DNA from: Planctomycetota bacterium
GTDB taxonomy: Bacteria; Planctomycetota; UBA1135; UBA2386
Assembly (NCBI GenBank): GCA_947501605.1
Contig: CANMWZ010000001.1
Location: 256,001 to 320,000 of the forward strand
Direction: 5' to 3'
DNA: 64,000 nt
The notes beneath the pieces are model-generated. The model saw nothing but the letters and a program-made list of their open reading frames with translations. It made no database searches and was not told the DNA's origin. A program made the translations under genes and the position numbers. Below, piece after piece: positions 48,810-57,841 of this stretch. The first letter of the stretch is position 1. Every line of letters starts with the position of its first letter.

Positions 48810-50446
48810 ACGCTCCCTTCGCGCGGGCGCGCAGCACCGCCGCTTGGTTCGCAGCGATCACGCTGGCCTTGGCGCTGCCAGCCCAAGATGCCGTCAAGGA
48901 CGCCCCGCAGAATCCGCCAGGCAAGCTCGATGTCACGACCCTGCGCGAGCAGGCGGCCGGAGCCGAAAACCGCGGCGAGTTCGCTCAGGCGGCCGACCTG
49001 TGGCTGCAACTCGTCGCCGCCGACCCTTCGCGCGCCGACTTTGTTCTCGCCGCGGGGCGCTGCCTTGGCAGCAGCGGTCGCTTTCGCGATGCCATCGATC
49101 TGCTGGAGAAGAAACGCGCCGCGTTTGTTCCGTTGACAGACCTGCCCGCGCTCCTCGCCCGCACGTATCTGTTGCGCGTCGAGCGCGATCGAAACACGTT
49201 GCAGCCAGAACTCGACTTCCAAGAGGCTGCGCGACTCGCCGAGGAAGTGTTGGTGGCCAACCCCGACCACCTCGACGCACGAATGATCCTGGCACAGGCC
49301 CGCTACTCGTTGTTTGACGCCAAGGGCGCATTGGCCGCCGCCGAGGAAGCGATTCGCCGCCACCCGCAGCATCCAGGTGGTCACGTGCTCGTCGGCCGCA
49401 TCGCCTTCGACGACTACCGCCTGTTGAAGGATCAGTTCGACGCCGAAAAGCCGGTGGAGCCCCGCCACGGCGAGCTGGTCACCGCCATCGACGCGGCGCG
49501 CAAGCGGGCGCAGACAGCCTTCACTCGCGCGGCAGAGATCGACTCCGTCCGCACCTACCCTCTGGTCATGCTGGGCGACATCGCCGCCCGCGATCGCGAC
49601 GTGGCGAGCGCGCTGAAGCACTGGAATGCGGCGCTCGGCATCGACCCGACTGCGCGCGTCGACCACGGCTGGATTCAAGAGCACACCACGCCAGCGCAAC
49701 GGCGCGAGTTCTACCACAGCGCGCTCGCGCACTACGAGGCCGTGGCGAACGCTGCGCCCGCGCGCGCCGCCGCGCTGCGGTTCTACTCAGGACTCGCGCT
49801 CTACGCCGCGCAGCAGTGGCTGGAGGCGAAGACTGAGTTCGCCGCAACGCGAACAGACAACGCCAGCTTCATCAACGCCGACTACTACGGTGCGATGTGC
49901 GCGTGGCGACTCGGCGACGAGGACGGGGCCGAGACGCTCGCCGCCGCATTCGCCGCCGCCTCGGCGCCCGGCTTCGCCGACGTGTTGCGCGCTCTCGAGC
50001 CCGAGCCGCGCGCCGAGGTCGCAGGCATCGTGCGCCACCTCGGCGATCGCGCATGGGACCAGGGGCGACGCGACCAGAGCCGAGACCTGAACCACGTAAT
50101 CGCCTGCTTGCAGGACTCGGCCGACGCCTGGAACAACTACGCGTTCCTCTGCCGCGAAACCAAACGGTTCGATGCCGCGTTCGTCGGCTACCAACACGCC
50201 ATCGAACGCGAGCCGGATTCGCCGCAACTGTGGAACGACGCCGCCGTCGTCCTGCATTACCACCTCGCCAGCGAAGCCAACCGAACGCGCGCGCGGCAGA
50301 TGTACGGCAGAGCCATCGAACTCGCTGACCAGCAACTGGCTGACGCCACGACGAGCGCAATCCTGCGGCAGCGGGCCGAGCGCGCGAAGGCCGATGCCTT
50401 GGCAAACCTGAAAGATCTGGAGAGCCTCGACAAGCCCAACAAGTAA
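48806..50446 (+). CDS. Secreted TPR protein
   Basis: Signal peptide ..ALPA|Q; TPRs; GTGA overlap with the upstream gene; shares its C-terminal module. Confidence 0.85.
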   Translation: MNAPFARARSTAAWFAAITLALALPAQDAVKDAPQNPPGKLDVTTLREQAAGAENRGEFAQAADLWLQLVAADPSRADFVLAAGRCLGSSGRFRDAIDLLEKKRAAFVPLTDLPALLARTYLLRVERDRNTLQPELDFQEAARLAEEVLVANPDHLDARMILAQARYSLFDAKGALAAAEEAIRRHPQHPGGHVLVGRIAFDDYRLLKDQFDAEKPVEPRHGELVTAIDAARKRAQTAFTRAAEIDSVRTYPLVMLGDIAARDRDVASALKHWNAALGIDPTARVDHGWIQEHTTPAQRREFYHSALAHYEAVANAAPARAAALRFYSGLALYAAQQWLEAKTEFAATRTDNASFINADYYGAMCAWRLGDEDGAETLAAAFAAASAPGFADVLRALEPEPRAEVAGIVRHLGDRAWDQGRRDQSRDLNHVIACLQDSADAWNNYAFLCRETKRFDAAFVGYQHAIEREPDSPQLWNDAAVVLHYHLASEANRTRARQMYGRAIELADQQLADATTSAILRQRAERAKADALANLKDLESLDKPNK

Positions 50447-50488
50447 CGCGCACGGCCGTCGCCTAGCGGCCCGGGCGACATCCGCAGA

Positions 50489-51124
50489 TCACGGCCAGAG
50501 CACGACGGACTGCGCGTTGAGGAACAGCACCGGATTGTCGACCGTGTGCACGGCCGCCTGCAGATGCAGTTCGAGACCTGCGAACACCGGGTCCATCGGA
50601 ACCTCGAGCGCAACTCCCCAGGCGTCGACCATTGCGCCACCGTCCAAAGTAAGGATGTAGCTCGGGTCGAGCCAGAAGGTCCCCTCGACGTCCGGAGCGT
50701 AGGCAAGGAGCGGCACCACGCCGCGGTCGAACGACGCGAAGACGAAGAAGTTGGCCTCGCCAAGCACCTCGACCCCCAGCTCCAGGATGCCGACTGGCGG
50801 CACACCCAGTTCATCATCGACCTCGACGGCGAACTCAGCTTCGAACAGCGCCTGGGCCTCTGCTGCCGATGCGACCTCGAATCGCAGCGAACCATCGATC
50901 GGGCTGGTGTAGAACGACCCCGTCAGATCGGCGGGCTCGAGGATGAGGTCGGTCAAGTCCAGCAGAGAGTCCGTAGCAATGCCGCGATCTTCGAGTTCGC
51001 GCAAGACGAAGCCGCTGGGGAGAAGCTCGACAGTGCCGAGCACGCGCGCTGGGCCCTGGGCCGCAGCACCAGCACCGAGCAGGAAGGCCGCAGTGGCGGC
51101 AAGGAACAACTTGGAGGTCTTCAT
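50489..51124 (-). CDS. Secreted hypothetical protein, tandem paralogue 1
   Basis: MKTSKLFLA signal; YAPDVEGTFWLDP; VPMDPVFAGLELHLQAAV. Confidence 0.8.
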   Translation of the reverse strand: MKTSKLFLAATAAFLLGAGAAAQGPARVLGTVELLPSGFVLRELEDRGIATDSLLDLTDLILEPADLTGSFYTSPIDGSLRFEVASAAEAQALFEAEFAVEVDDELGVPPVGILELGVEVLGEANFFVFASFDRGVVPLLAYAPDVEGTFWLDPSYILTLDGGAMVDAWGVALEVPMDPVFAGLELHLQAAVHTVDNPVLFLNAQSVVLWP

Positions 51125-51269
51125 AGGTGAGGGTTTTGAGTGTCTGGTCGAGACTACCCCACGACGAAGAGCTTGGCGCCGCGCATGGCCATGGCACCCA
51201 AGCCAGCGCGGCAATCAGACGTTCCGCGGCGCGCAGCTGCATGGTTGCCGCGCGCGCTCGAAGCTGCGC

Positions 51270-51866
51270 TCAGTTCGTGATGCGCGTGACTTCGCGGTTC
51301 AGGAAGACCAGCGGCCCGCCCGTCGGCTGGATCGCAGCCTGGAAGAAGATGTCGACACCGACGAACTTGCAGGCAGCCGGCATCCGCAGGCAAGTGCTCC
51401 ACAGGCAGTTGATGTTGCCACCAGTCACCGTTACCAGATTCGTCGGATCGACCCACAGGTAACCCGCGACATCCGGAGCGTACGGCGACAGCGACATGAC
51501 ACCGGCGTCGAAGCCGGCGAAGACCAGGAAGAACCCTGGGGTGTCAGTTCGCAGTGACATCGACATCGAGCGACCGCGACGCACCCAGTCCGAGGTGCTG
51601 AAACGAGCGAACGACCGGCCGATCGTGCTGGCCACGAACGAGGTGGCGCTGGCGATGCCACCAGTGACATCGACAATCCGTCCGACCAGGCCTTCCAAGG
51701 ATGAAGTGCTGCTGACGAGCAGGGTCGGATTGTCGAACTCGCGAAGAGTGTAGTTCGAGCCCGAGCGCACCAGGGTGCCGATCATGCGGTCCGACTGCGC
51801 AGAGGCGTCCGAGGTCGAGAAGAAGAAGGCGGTGGTGGCGAGGATGCTGCTGAGGATCTTGTTCAT
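51270..51866 (-). CDS. Secreted hypothetical protein, tandem paralogue 2
   Basis: MNKILSS signal; YAPDVAGYLWVDP; MPAACKFVGVDIFFQAAI. Confidence 0.8.
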   Translation of the reverse strand: MNKILSSILATTAFFFSTSDASAQSDRMIGTLVRSGSNYTLREFDNPTLLVSSTSSLEGLVGRIVDVTGGIASATSFVASTIGRSFARFSTSDWVRRGRSMSMSLRTDTPGFFLVFAGFDAGVMSLSPYAPDVAGYLWVDPTNLVTVTGGNINCLWSTCLRMPAACKFVGVDIFFQAAIQPTGGPLVFLNREVTRITN

Positions 51867-52037
51867 AGTGTTCGTGAGGTTGGTTCCCGTGCAGAACGGC
51901 AGCCCCACATTCCCTCGCGTGCGGCGCAGCGCATTCGAACGGCCGACGGCATGGCCGATTAAATCCGCTCAACCGTTTTGCCTGACCAGATGTGGTCTCC
52001 CCATTGGCCTGCGCACGAGGCCGAGCATCGCAGGTCG

Positions 52038-52202
52038 AGCAGCTTATGGAAGAACGGCGCCGTCGCCGAGGACTCGGGCGCTGGTTTCCGATCAAGGAGC
52101 GCGAACGAAGTCGAATCAGCAGATTCGACGCAGTTCGTGCGACGCAGAGATGGGACCAGCTACCGCGCGCGCAGACAGGATGCGCGCTGCAACAGGCTGC
52201 TA
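52038..52202. mobile_element. Degenerate MITE-like palindromic element (copy B)
   Basis: Imperfect terminal IR (AGCAGCTTATGGAA ... TGCAACAGGCTGCTA) and a nested hairpin with the same layout as 53706-53868. Confidence 0.65.
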
Positions 52203-52805
52203 GGACCCGATCGTGATCTTCTTGCCGTTCTGAAACAGCAGCGGCGCCATCGGCGAGTGCGCCGCAGCCTGCAAGTAACACGTGAGACCGATCAGACTCG
52301 GGTCGTTGGGGATCGCCAAGTCACCATCCCACCGATCGAACATCAGACCCCCGGCGATGGTCTGCAGGCCAATGGGATCGACCCATAGCGTGCCGCTGGC
52401 AATCGGCGCATACGACTCGAGCGGCGTGTGGGCGGGAGCCAACGATAGAAAGACAAAGAACTGCGACGGGCCATCGTGCTTGACGCGCATCGACATCATC
52501 CGGCCGATACGCGCGGAACCCGTCGTGAAGACGGACGAGGAGTTCTTGATCGAAGTCACATCAAAGACCGCCGTCGGGCTGTTCGGGTCGTCGCGCAACG
52601 AGCCAGTGACATCGACGGTCCTGTTGACGAACGTGAGCAGCTCGACGTCGGCAGCGAGCAACACGGTCGTGCCCTCGATCTCCACGATGGAGTAGCCACC
52701 GGGGACCGCTGCGAGACCGCCGATCATCCGGATCGGGCCTTGGGCTTGGAGGATGCCGGAGAACGTCGAGGCCGCGAACGCGGCGGCGAGAAGAGCTTTG
52801 CGCAT
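52200..52805 (-). CDS. Secreted hypothetical protein, tandem paralogue 3
   Basis: MRKALLAA signal; YAPIASGTLWVDP; IPNDPSLIGLTCYLQAAA. Confidence 0.8.
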   Translation of the reverse strand: MRKALLAAAFAASTFSGILQAQGPIRMIGGLAAVPGGYSIVEIEGTTVLLAADVELLTFVNRTVDVTGSLRDDPNSPTAVFDVTSIKNSSSVFTTGSARIGRMMSMRVKHDGPSQFFVFLSLAPAHTPLESYAPIASGTLWVDPIGLQTIAGGLMFDRWDGDLAIPNDPSLIGLTCYLQAAAHSPMAPLLFQNGKKITIGS

Positions 52806-52940
52806 GGGAGAGTAGGGGACAGGTTCCAACTCAGGATATCTCCATTTGCGCAACCGGGCGGTTGGATGCGATCGTGCTATCAGTGGCAGCGCCGATCCTG
52901 ACGGCGCCGCCTGCTTGCGCGACGGCGCGTGCCGGCCGAC

Positions 52941-53672
52941 TCAATCGACCAGGCGGCGCGCGAGATTGCCGTACTCGCGATACTCCGCGACATCTGGCGG
53001 GCCGGCAGTGAACAACCACTGCAAGTGCAACGGGTCGGCGGCTGGCACCGCGAGCAGCGACGACGAAACTGTGCCGTAGCCATCCATTCGCTTCAGCACG
53101 GGATGCCGCCCGTCGCCACCGCGATCGAGCAGCAAGGGTCGCAGCGCCTGCAACTGGGCCGCTGGCGTCGAGACGGCGGCGACCGCGGCGCGCAAGCCGG
53201 GTAGCTCCAGTTCGCCGGGCGCGTGCTCGTTCGTCACCACGAGTAACTCCTGGCTCCATTCGATCGTCGCCAGACCCTCGGCGCCGTGCCGCAGAACGAC
53301 GATGCGATGCGCGTCCGCGAGCACCAGTTGGAAGCCACCGAAGGGTCTCTGGTCGAAGATCTCGCGCACTGCGGCGATCGCGGGCTCGAGTTCGCCGCGC
53401 TCCAGCGCGACATGCGGTAGCACCCCGCGCGTCTCAGCATCTACAGGCACGGGCACATCCTTGACGTTGGTCAAGCCGGCAAACAGCCCGCGGGCATTCA
53501 CTCCAAGCCACGTGCCACCCCTCTCGCGGTCGCGCGGCGACAACACACGAGCGCGATCGCCGACCCAGAGTCCGGGCGGTGAGGCCTTGCGGTCCGTGCG
53601 CTCATCGCGATTGCTCGCGACCAGCACCGGGTGCGTCGCAAACCTCCCGCGCAAGACGATCAGCAGGCACAT
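52941..53672 (-). CDS. NRDE/TANGO2-family protein
   Basis: MCLL...ASNRDE...R, D...GGTWLGVN..G....LTN, RG.L, YGTVSS. Confidence 0.93.
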   Translation of the reverse strand: MCLLIVLRGRFATHPVLVASNRDERTDRKASPPGLWVGDRARVLSPRDRERGGTWLGVNARGLFAGLTNVKDVPVPVDAETRGVLPHVALERGELEPAIAAVREIFDQRPFGGFQLVLADAHRIVVLRHGAEGLATIEWSQELLVVTNEHAPGELELPGLRAAVAAVSTPAAQLQALRPLLLDRGGDGRHPVLKRMDGYGTVSSSLLAVPAADPLHLQWLFTAGPPDVAEYREYGNLARRLVD

Positions 53673-53705
53673 CGCGCAGCACGATAGCCGCGCCGCGCCG
53701 CGCGC

Positions 53706-53868
53706 TAGAAGTGGTTTCACAAATGGCCTGCGAGCGAGGCCGAGCAACGAAGTCCGAGGCAAGGAGCGGGTTCGTAGCGGCATCTATGGATGCCGCGGAG
53801 AACTCGCGACGCAGCCATCGAACTTCGGGGCTGGCCGCAGCCGCTGGTGCTTTGTGAAACCGCTTCTA
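53706..53868. mobile_element. MITE-like palindromic element (copy A) with 18-bp terminal inverted repeats
   Basis: TAGAAGTGGTTTCACAAA (53706-53723) / TTTGTGAAACCGCTTCTA (53851-53868), 17/18 match; terminal TA could be a target-site duplication; nested internal stems. Confidence 0.85.
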
Positions 53869-55155
53869 CAGACCTTCGACGGGTGGCGCCCCCACGCCAG
53901 GCGTCGGCCGCCCGGTAGATACCCGCCGTAGCGCCAGCATTCCGACTGCACTGGCGACGCACAGCGAGCCGGCGACGACGAACGGCAGCCGCAGGTTGGC
54001 GTGCTCCGAGGTCGCATCGATGCGCGCCAAATGACTGCCGAACCAGGGGCCGAGGGCAAACCCGAACTGCATGCAACTCTGCACCAACGAGAATGCGAAC
54101 GTGCGCCGTTCGGGCTGCACGCGCCGGCTGGCCGCGGCGTAGGCCAAGGTCATCGATCCCGCCATGAAGCAGGCCGATACGCTGCGCAAGGACAGGAAGC
54201 CGCCGATGCCCTCGACCGTCGCCGTCGCGATCTGGGTAGCGCCGAGCACGAGCGCCAGCCACGACAAGCACCGGAGCGGACCAAGGCGATCGGACGCACG
54301 GCCCCAGACCGGCGTGAACACCACCTGGGCCACCGCCAGGATGGTGAAGGCCATTCCGATCGTGCGTTCGAGCGCCACCGATTCGGAACCGCAAACGTTG
54401 AGCATGAACGACGGTGGACCGAGCTCGCGCACGAACAGCGCCACGAACGGCTCGAGCATGTTCTGCCCCAGACGCAGCAACAGGATCAGCAGCAGCAACG
54501 TCGCGAACACGCGATTGCCGAGCAGAGACCTGCACGCTTGGCGGAACTCGCTGAAGAATGACACTCCTGCCATTCGCTTCGGCGGCTGCGTCTCACGGGC
54601 GTAGCGCAGCAGGACGCAGCCGGCGATGCCCGTGAGTGCCGAGGTGCACCACAAGACCGCGTGGCGGCCGTAGAGCAGCGTGACCTCGCTGCCGAGGAGC
54701 GGCCCGAGCCCGGCTCCCAGCGCCATCGCTGCCTGCAGCGAGCCGATCGTTCGTCCCTGCCGCCCCGCTGGAGCGTCTTGCGCAACGAGGGACATCGCCG
54801 GAGCGACATAGCCCGCAAGCGCTCCTTGGACCATGCGAAGCACCAGCAACACCGCGATCGACGGCGCGAACGGCATGAACGCGGTCGTGATGCAGATGGC
54901 GAAGTTGGCGCGCACCGCCATGACCTTCTTGCCCCAGCGATCGCCGAGTGCACCCCAGACGGGCCCCACGATCGCAGCACTCAACGGCGCCGCGCCGTAG
55001 ACAAGGCTCCCCCAGAACGTCAACTCGACCGGGTCCGTGATGCCGTAGCGCTCGCCGACATAGATCGCCAGCACGGGCAGGAACGCCATCAAACCCATCG
55101 ACGTCGTGAACAGAGCAGTCCAGACGGCCAGGTAGTTCTTACGCCAGGGTTCCAC
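53866..55155 (-). CDS. MFS transporter (DHA1/MdtG-like)
   Basis: W.KN...., PVWG.LGDRWGKK.M..RA, R..QG..AG, about 12 TM segments, WGR.SDR.G. Confidence 0.92.
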   Translation of the reverse strand: MEPWRKNYLAVWTALFTTSMGLMAFLPVLAIYVGERYGITDPVELTFWGSLVYGAAPLSAAIVGPVWGALGDRWGKKVMAVRANFAICITTAFMPFAPSIAVLLVLRMVQGALAGYVAPAMSLVAQDAPAGRQGRTIGSLQAAMALGAGLGPLLGSEVTLLYGRHAVLWCTSALTGIAGCVLLRYARETQPPKRMAGVSFFSEFRQACRSLLGNRVFATLLLLILLLRLGQNMLEPFVALFVRELGPPSFMLNVCGSESVALERTIGMAFTILAVAQVVFTPVWGRASDRLGPLRCLSWLALVLGATQIATATVEGIGGFLSLRSVSACFMAGSMTLAYAAASRRVQPERRTFAFSLVQSCMQFGFALGPWFGSHLARIDATSEHANLRLPFVVAGSLCVASAVGMLALRRVSTGRPTPGVGAPPVEGL

Positions 55156-55257
55156 GCGGAGTTCGAGCGGTCCCTTCTACCTTGCTCAGTGCAGCAGGGC
55201 TCGCGGGATTCTCGGGAGGGTCGTGCCGGAATGCAGGCCGTCGCTCCCCCTGTGGAT

Positions 55258-56484
55258 ATGCGCACCGTGATGTTGGCAGTGCTCGCCGTCTTGCAACCGC
55301 TGTGGCTCGCTCTCCCCTCGTTCCTTGCCATCGCCATGGCCACGTCCACCCGTTCCCAAGAATTGTCGCTGTCGCGACTCGAGCTCGAGCCGACATCGCT
55401 CGCCGCATTTGTGCGTCGAAAGGCCGCAGTGCTGCATCGCCATCGCGATCAGGCCAGGACCTCGCGAGAGCGCATGGGCCCGCTGCTGGCATGGCTCTGG
55501 CTCGGTCGGCACGACCTTGCACGCGCCGAACTCAACGCCGCCACTCGGGCAAGTGCGGTGCCGACCAGTGACGACGATGCCTGGCTGTTGATCCAACACT
55601 ACTGGACCTTGCGCGCGACCCGCGACCATGACGCTCTGGCCACAGCTTGGCCGCAACTGGCAGCCGCGGCAGGGCGAGTTGCAGGGGGGAGCACGGAGGG
55701 CACCAAAGGGCCATCCTACGACGGCGCCGTGTTGCGGCTTCAGGGGTTGGCATGCGCCGGCCTGCTCGCGGCAGCGAGCGGCGACGAACGCCTGCAGACG
55801 ACCTTCGACCTGAGAGCACGCGCTCTGCTCGACCAACTCGAAGCGAGCTACTGGTCGCCGACAGACGGTTGCTTTGCGGACGCAGCGACCGGTGGGACTC
55901 CCGTGAGTTTGTTCGCGTGCTCGATCGGCATGCTGACGACGACCGCGGATCGCACAGAACGTCACGCGCGACTTGGCTTGCGCCAGCGTGGCGGTGGCAG
56001 CAGCGGCACCAGCGACGTCGAGGCCACACTCGTCGCCCTGGCGCAGTTTGATGGTGCGCGCGCGACGGCGCTCGAGGCCTTGTTGGCAGACCCGAGTGAG
56101 TCTCCCACTCGAGCCGGCCTGGCCATCGACGCAGTCCTGTTTGCCACGACGGGACTGCGCATGGCGACCGGCCCAGGCATCGACGAAGCATGGGTGCGGT
56201 TGCGGCCATTCGTACCGAGTGCCAGCGATCGCCTCGTGGTCCGCGGACTCATGCACGACGGGTGGACCTGCGACCTGTCCTGCGACCGCAGCGGCGAAGA
56301 GACTGTTGGGCGCTACACCCTGCACAGCCAGCGGCCGGGCTGCTCGTGGCGACAGTTGGTGGTGCACCAGGACCGCCGCACGTTTGTCGCCGCGGCGATC
56401 GACGGCGAGGCCATCGAGCTCAGGTCGATGGCCGTCGCGCGCGAAGATCTGCTCGCGCCGCCTACTTCGAGCCGGAGTCGATGA
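55258..56484 (+). CDS. Hypothetical protein, possibly a degenerate (alpha/alpha)6 glycosidase-like fold; start uncertain
   Basis: D.AWLL...Y....AT.D...L...WP.L and L...YW....G.FAD patterns; fills the gap between MFS and anti-sigma genes. Confidence 0.5.
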   Translation: MRTVMLAVLAVLQPLWLALPSFLAIAMATSTRSQELSLSRLELEPTSLAAFVRRKAAVLHRHRDQARTSRERMGPLLAWLWLGRHDLARAELNAATRASAVPTSDDDAWLLIQHYWTLRATRDHDALATAWPQLAAAAGRVAGGSTEGTKGPSYDGAVLRLQGLACAGLLAAASGDERLQTTFDLRARALLDQLEASYWSPTDGCFADAATGGTPVSLFACSIGMLTTTADRTERHARLGLRQRGGGSSGTSDVEATLVALAQFDGARATALEALLADPSESPTRAGLAIDAVLFATTGLRMATGPGIDEAWVRLRPFVPSASDRLVVRGLMHDGWTCDLSCDRSGEETVGRYTLHSQRPGCSWRQLVVHQDRRTFVAAAIDGEAIELRSMAVAREDLLAPPTSSRSR

Positions 56485-57841
56485 CGATCACCAGCCGCAT
56501 CGTGGCTGACATTGGATTGGCCATCGATCCGGCACCGCCCCCCTGAGTTGCCCCGATCGGGCTAGGCGAAGTCGGACCTGTGGAAGGACGACCAGCGGAA
56601 CCAACGGGTGCGGCTTCGCCGACAGCAGTTTCGCCGACGGCAGCTTCGCGATCCGCTGCCGCCACCCGGCCAACCGACTTGGCTCGGGCACCGTCCACCT
56701 CGGCCACCGGCTCTTGCTCCAGCTTCGACGCCGGCTTGAATGCCAGCACCTCGGCCATCGCGATTTCGCCGTTGGTGACTTCGTAGCCATGGCTGCGGCC
56801 TGTGTCGGAGAGTCGACCGAGAAAGGCATAGACGTCGGCACTGCGGCCTTCGATCAACCACGCCTGAATCGTCGGGCTCGCGCCGCGGGACTCGCCGCCA
56901 ATGCGACCGAGGTCGCCCGGCACCGCGGGCAGGCGCTGCACCTGCAGGCTACCGAGCGTCTTGTCGAGTTCCGCCAACCCGGCGAGCAGGCCGGCGACGG
57001 GGCCGTCGGGTGGAGCCGAGCCCGCAGCAGGAGCCGCACCGCGCGGCATTGTCTTCTCTCTGGCCTCAGCACTCTTGCTCGCGACGCTATCGGGCAGGCG
57101 GCGCAGCACGACGCGAGGCACCATCGTCTTCGGCGCGTCGACTGGAGGGGCAGGCGCGCCAAAGAGACCAGCCGAGCCCGCGGGCGATGCGGAACCTCCA
57201 TCGGCCTCCAGCACATGGAGATCTGCGATGGCCGCATCCTTCTTCAGTCGCAGCGCTTCAGGGGCATTCTGCTCCTGCCCCACGGCGGCAGCGTCTCGAT
57301 CGGCCCTGCCGGCCTTGGTGTTCGTCGCACTGCCGTAGGCCCTGAGCTTGACATCCATGGGTTCCGCGTTCGCTGGCTCCCCCAGCCCGCCATTCCGATC
57401 CTCACTCTTCGACTCAGACTCCTGTCTCTTGTCCTTCGTCGCCAACGACGTGTCATCCAGAGTGGCGGTCTGCAACGTTGCACTCGGCTGCCAACGATCG
57501 AGTGCCACCATCAGCAGGAGCATCGCCGCGGCCACGAGACCACTGCGCCACCAAGCACTCGGCAGCGACCGCGGGATCGGCATCGGCGAGACTCGCGAGG
57601 GATCACTCGAGGGGTTCTGGATGCGGGCAAGGACGGCGTCGGCGACATCGATCTTGACCATCGGCTGCGAAAACGCTTGGCCAACACTCTGTGCCGTGCG
57701 GCGATAGGCTTCGGCGCGCTCGCGAAGCGGCTTGCTGACACGCATCTCGGCCTCGAAGCGCTCACGCTCCCGCGGCGTCATCTGGCCGTCAATCCAGTCG
57801 GCGAAGCGTTCGTCCCCATCTCCTTGCATTGGCTTGGTCAC
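56462..57841 (-). CDS. Transmembrane anti-sigma factor
   Basis: GTGA overlap with the sigma gene stop; N-terminal WIDGQM...ER..FE; one TM (LVAAAMLLLMVAL); long low-complexity extracytoplasmic region. Confidence 0.8.
   Translation of the reverse strand: MTKPMQGDGDERFADWIDGQMTPRERERFEAEMRVSKPLRERAEAYRRTAQSVGQAFSQPMVKIDVADAVLARIQNPSSDPSRVSPMPIPRSLPSAWWRSGLVAAAMLLLMVALDRWQPSATLQTATLDDTSLATKDKRQESESKSEDRNGGLGEPANAEPMDVKLRAYGSATNTKAGRADRDAAAVGQEQNAPEALRLKKDAAIADLHVLEADGGSASPAGSAGLFGAPAPPVDAPKTMVPRVVLRRLPDSVASKSAEAREKTMPRGAAPAAGSAPPDGPVAGLLAGLAELDKTLGSLQVQRLPAVPGDLGRIGGESRGASPTIQAWLIEGRSADVYAFLGRLSDTGRSHGYEVTNGEIAMAEVLAFKPASKLEQEPVAEVDGARAKSVGRVAAADREAAVGETAVGEAAPVGSAGRPSTGPTSPSPIGATQGGGAGSMANPMSATMRLVIVIDSGSK

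Noticed and set aside
51880..51990. c-di-GMP-I riboswitch upstream of paralogue 2 (minus strand GGCAAA...GGGGCTGCCG)
   Set aside because: No GNRA-capped P2 stem, no GACGCAAAG junction and no tetraloop receptor found
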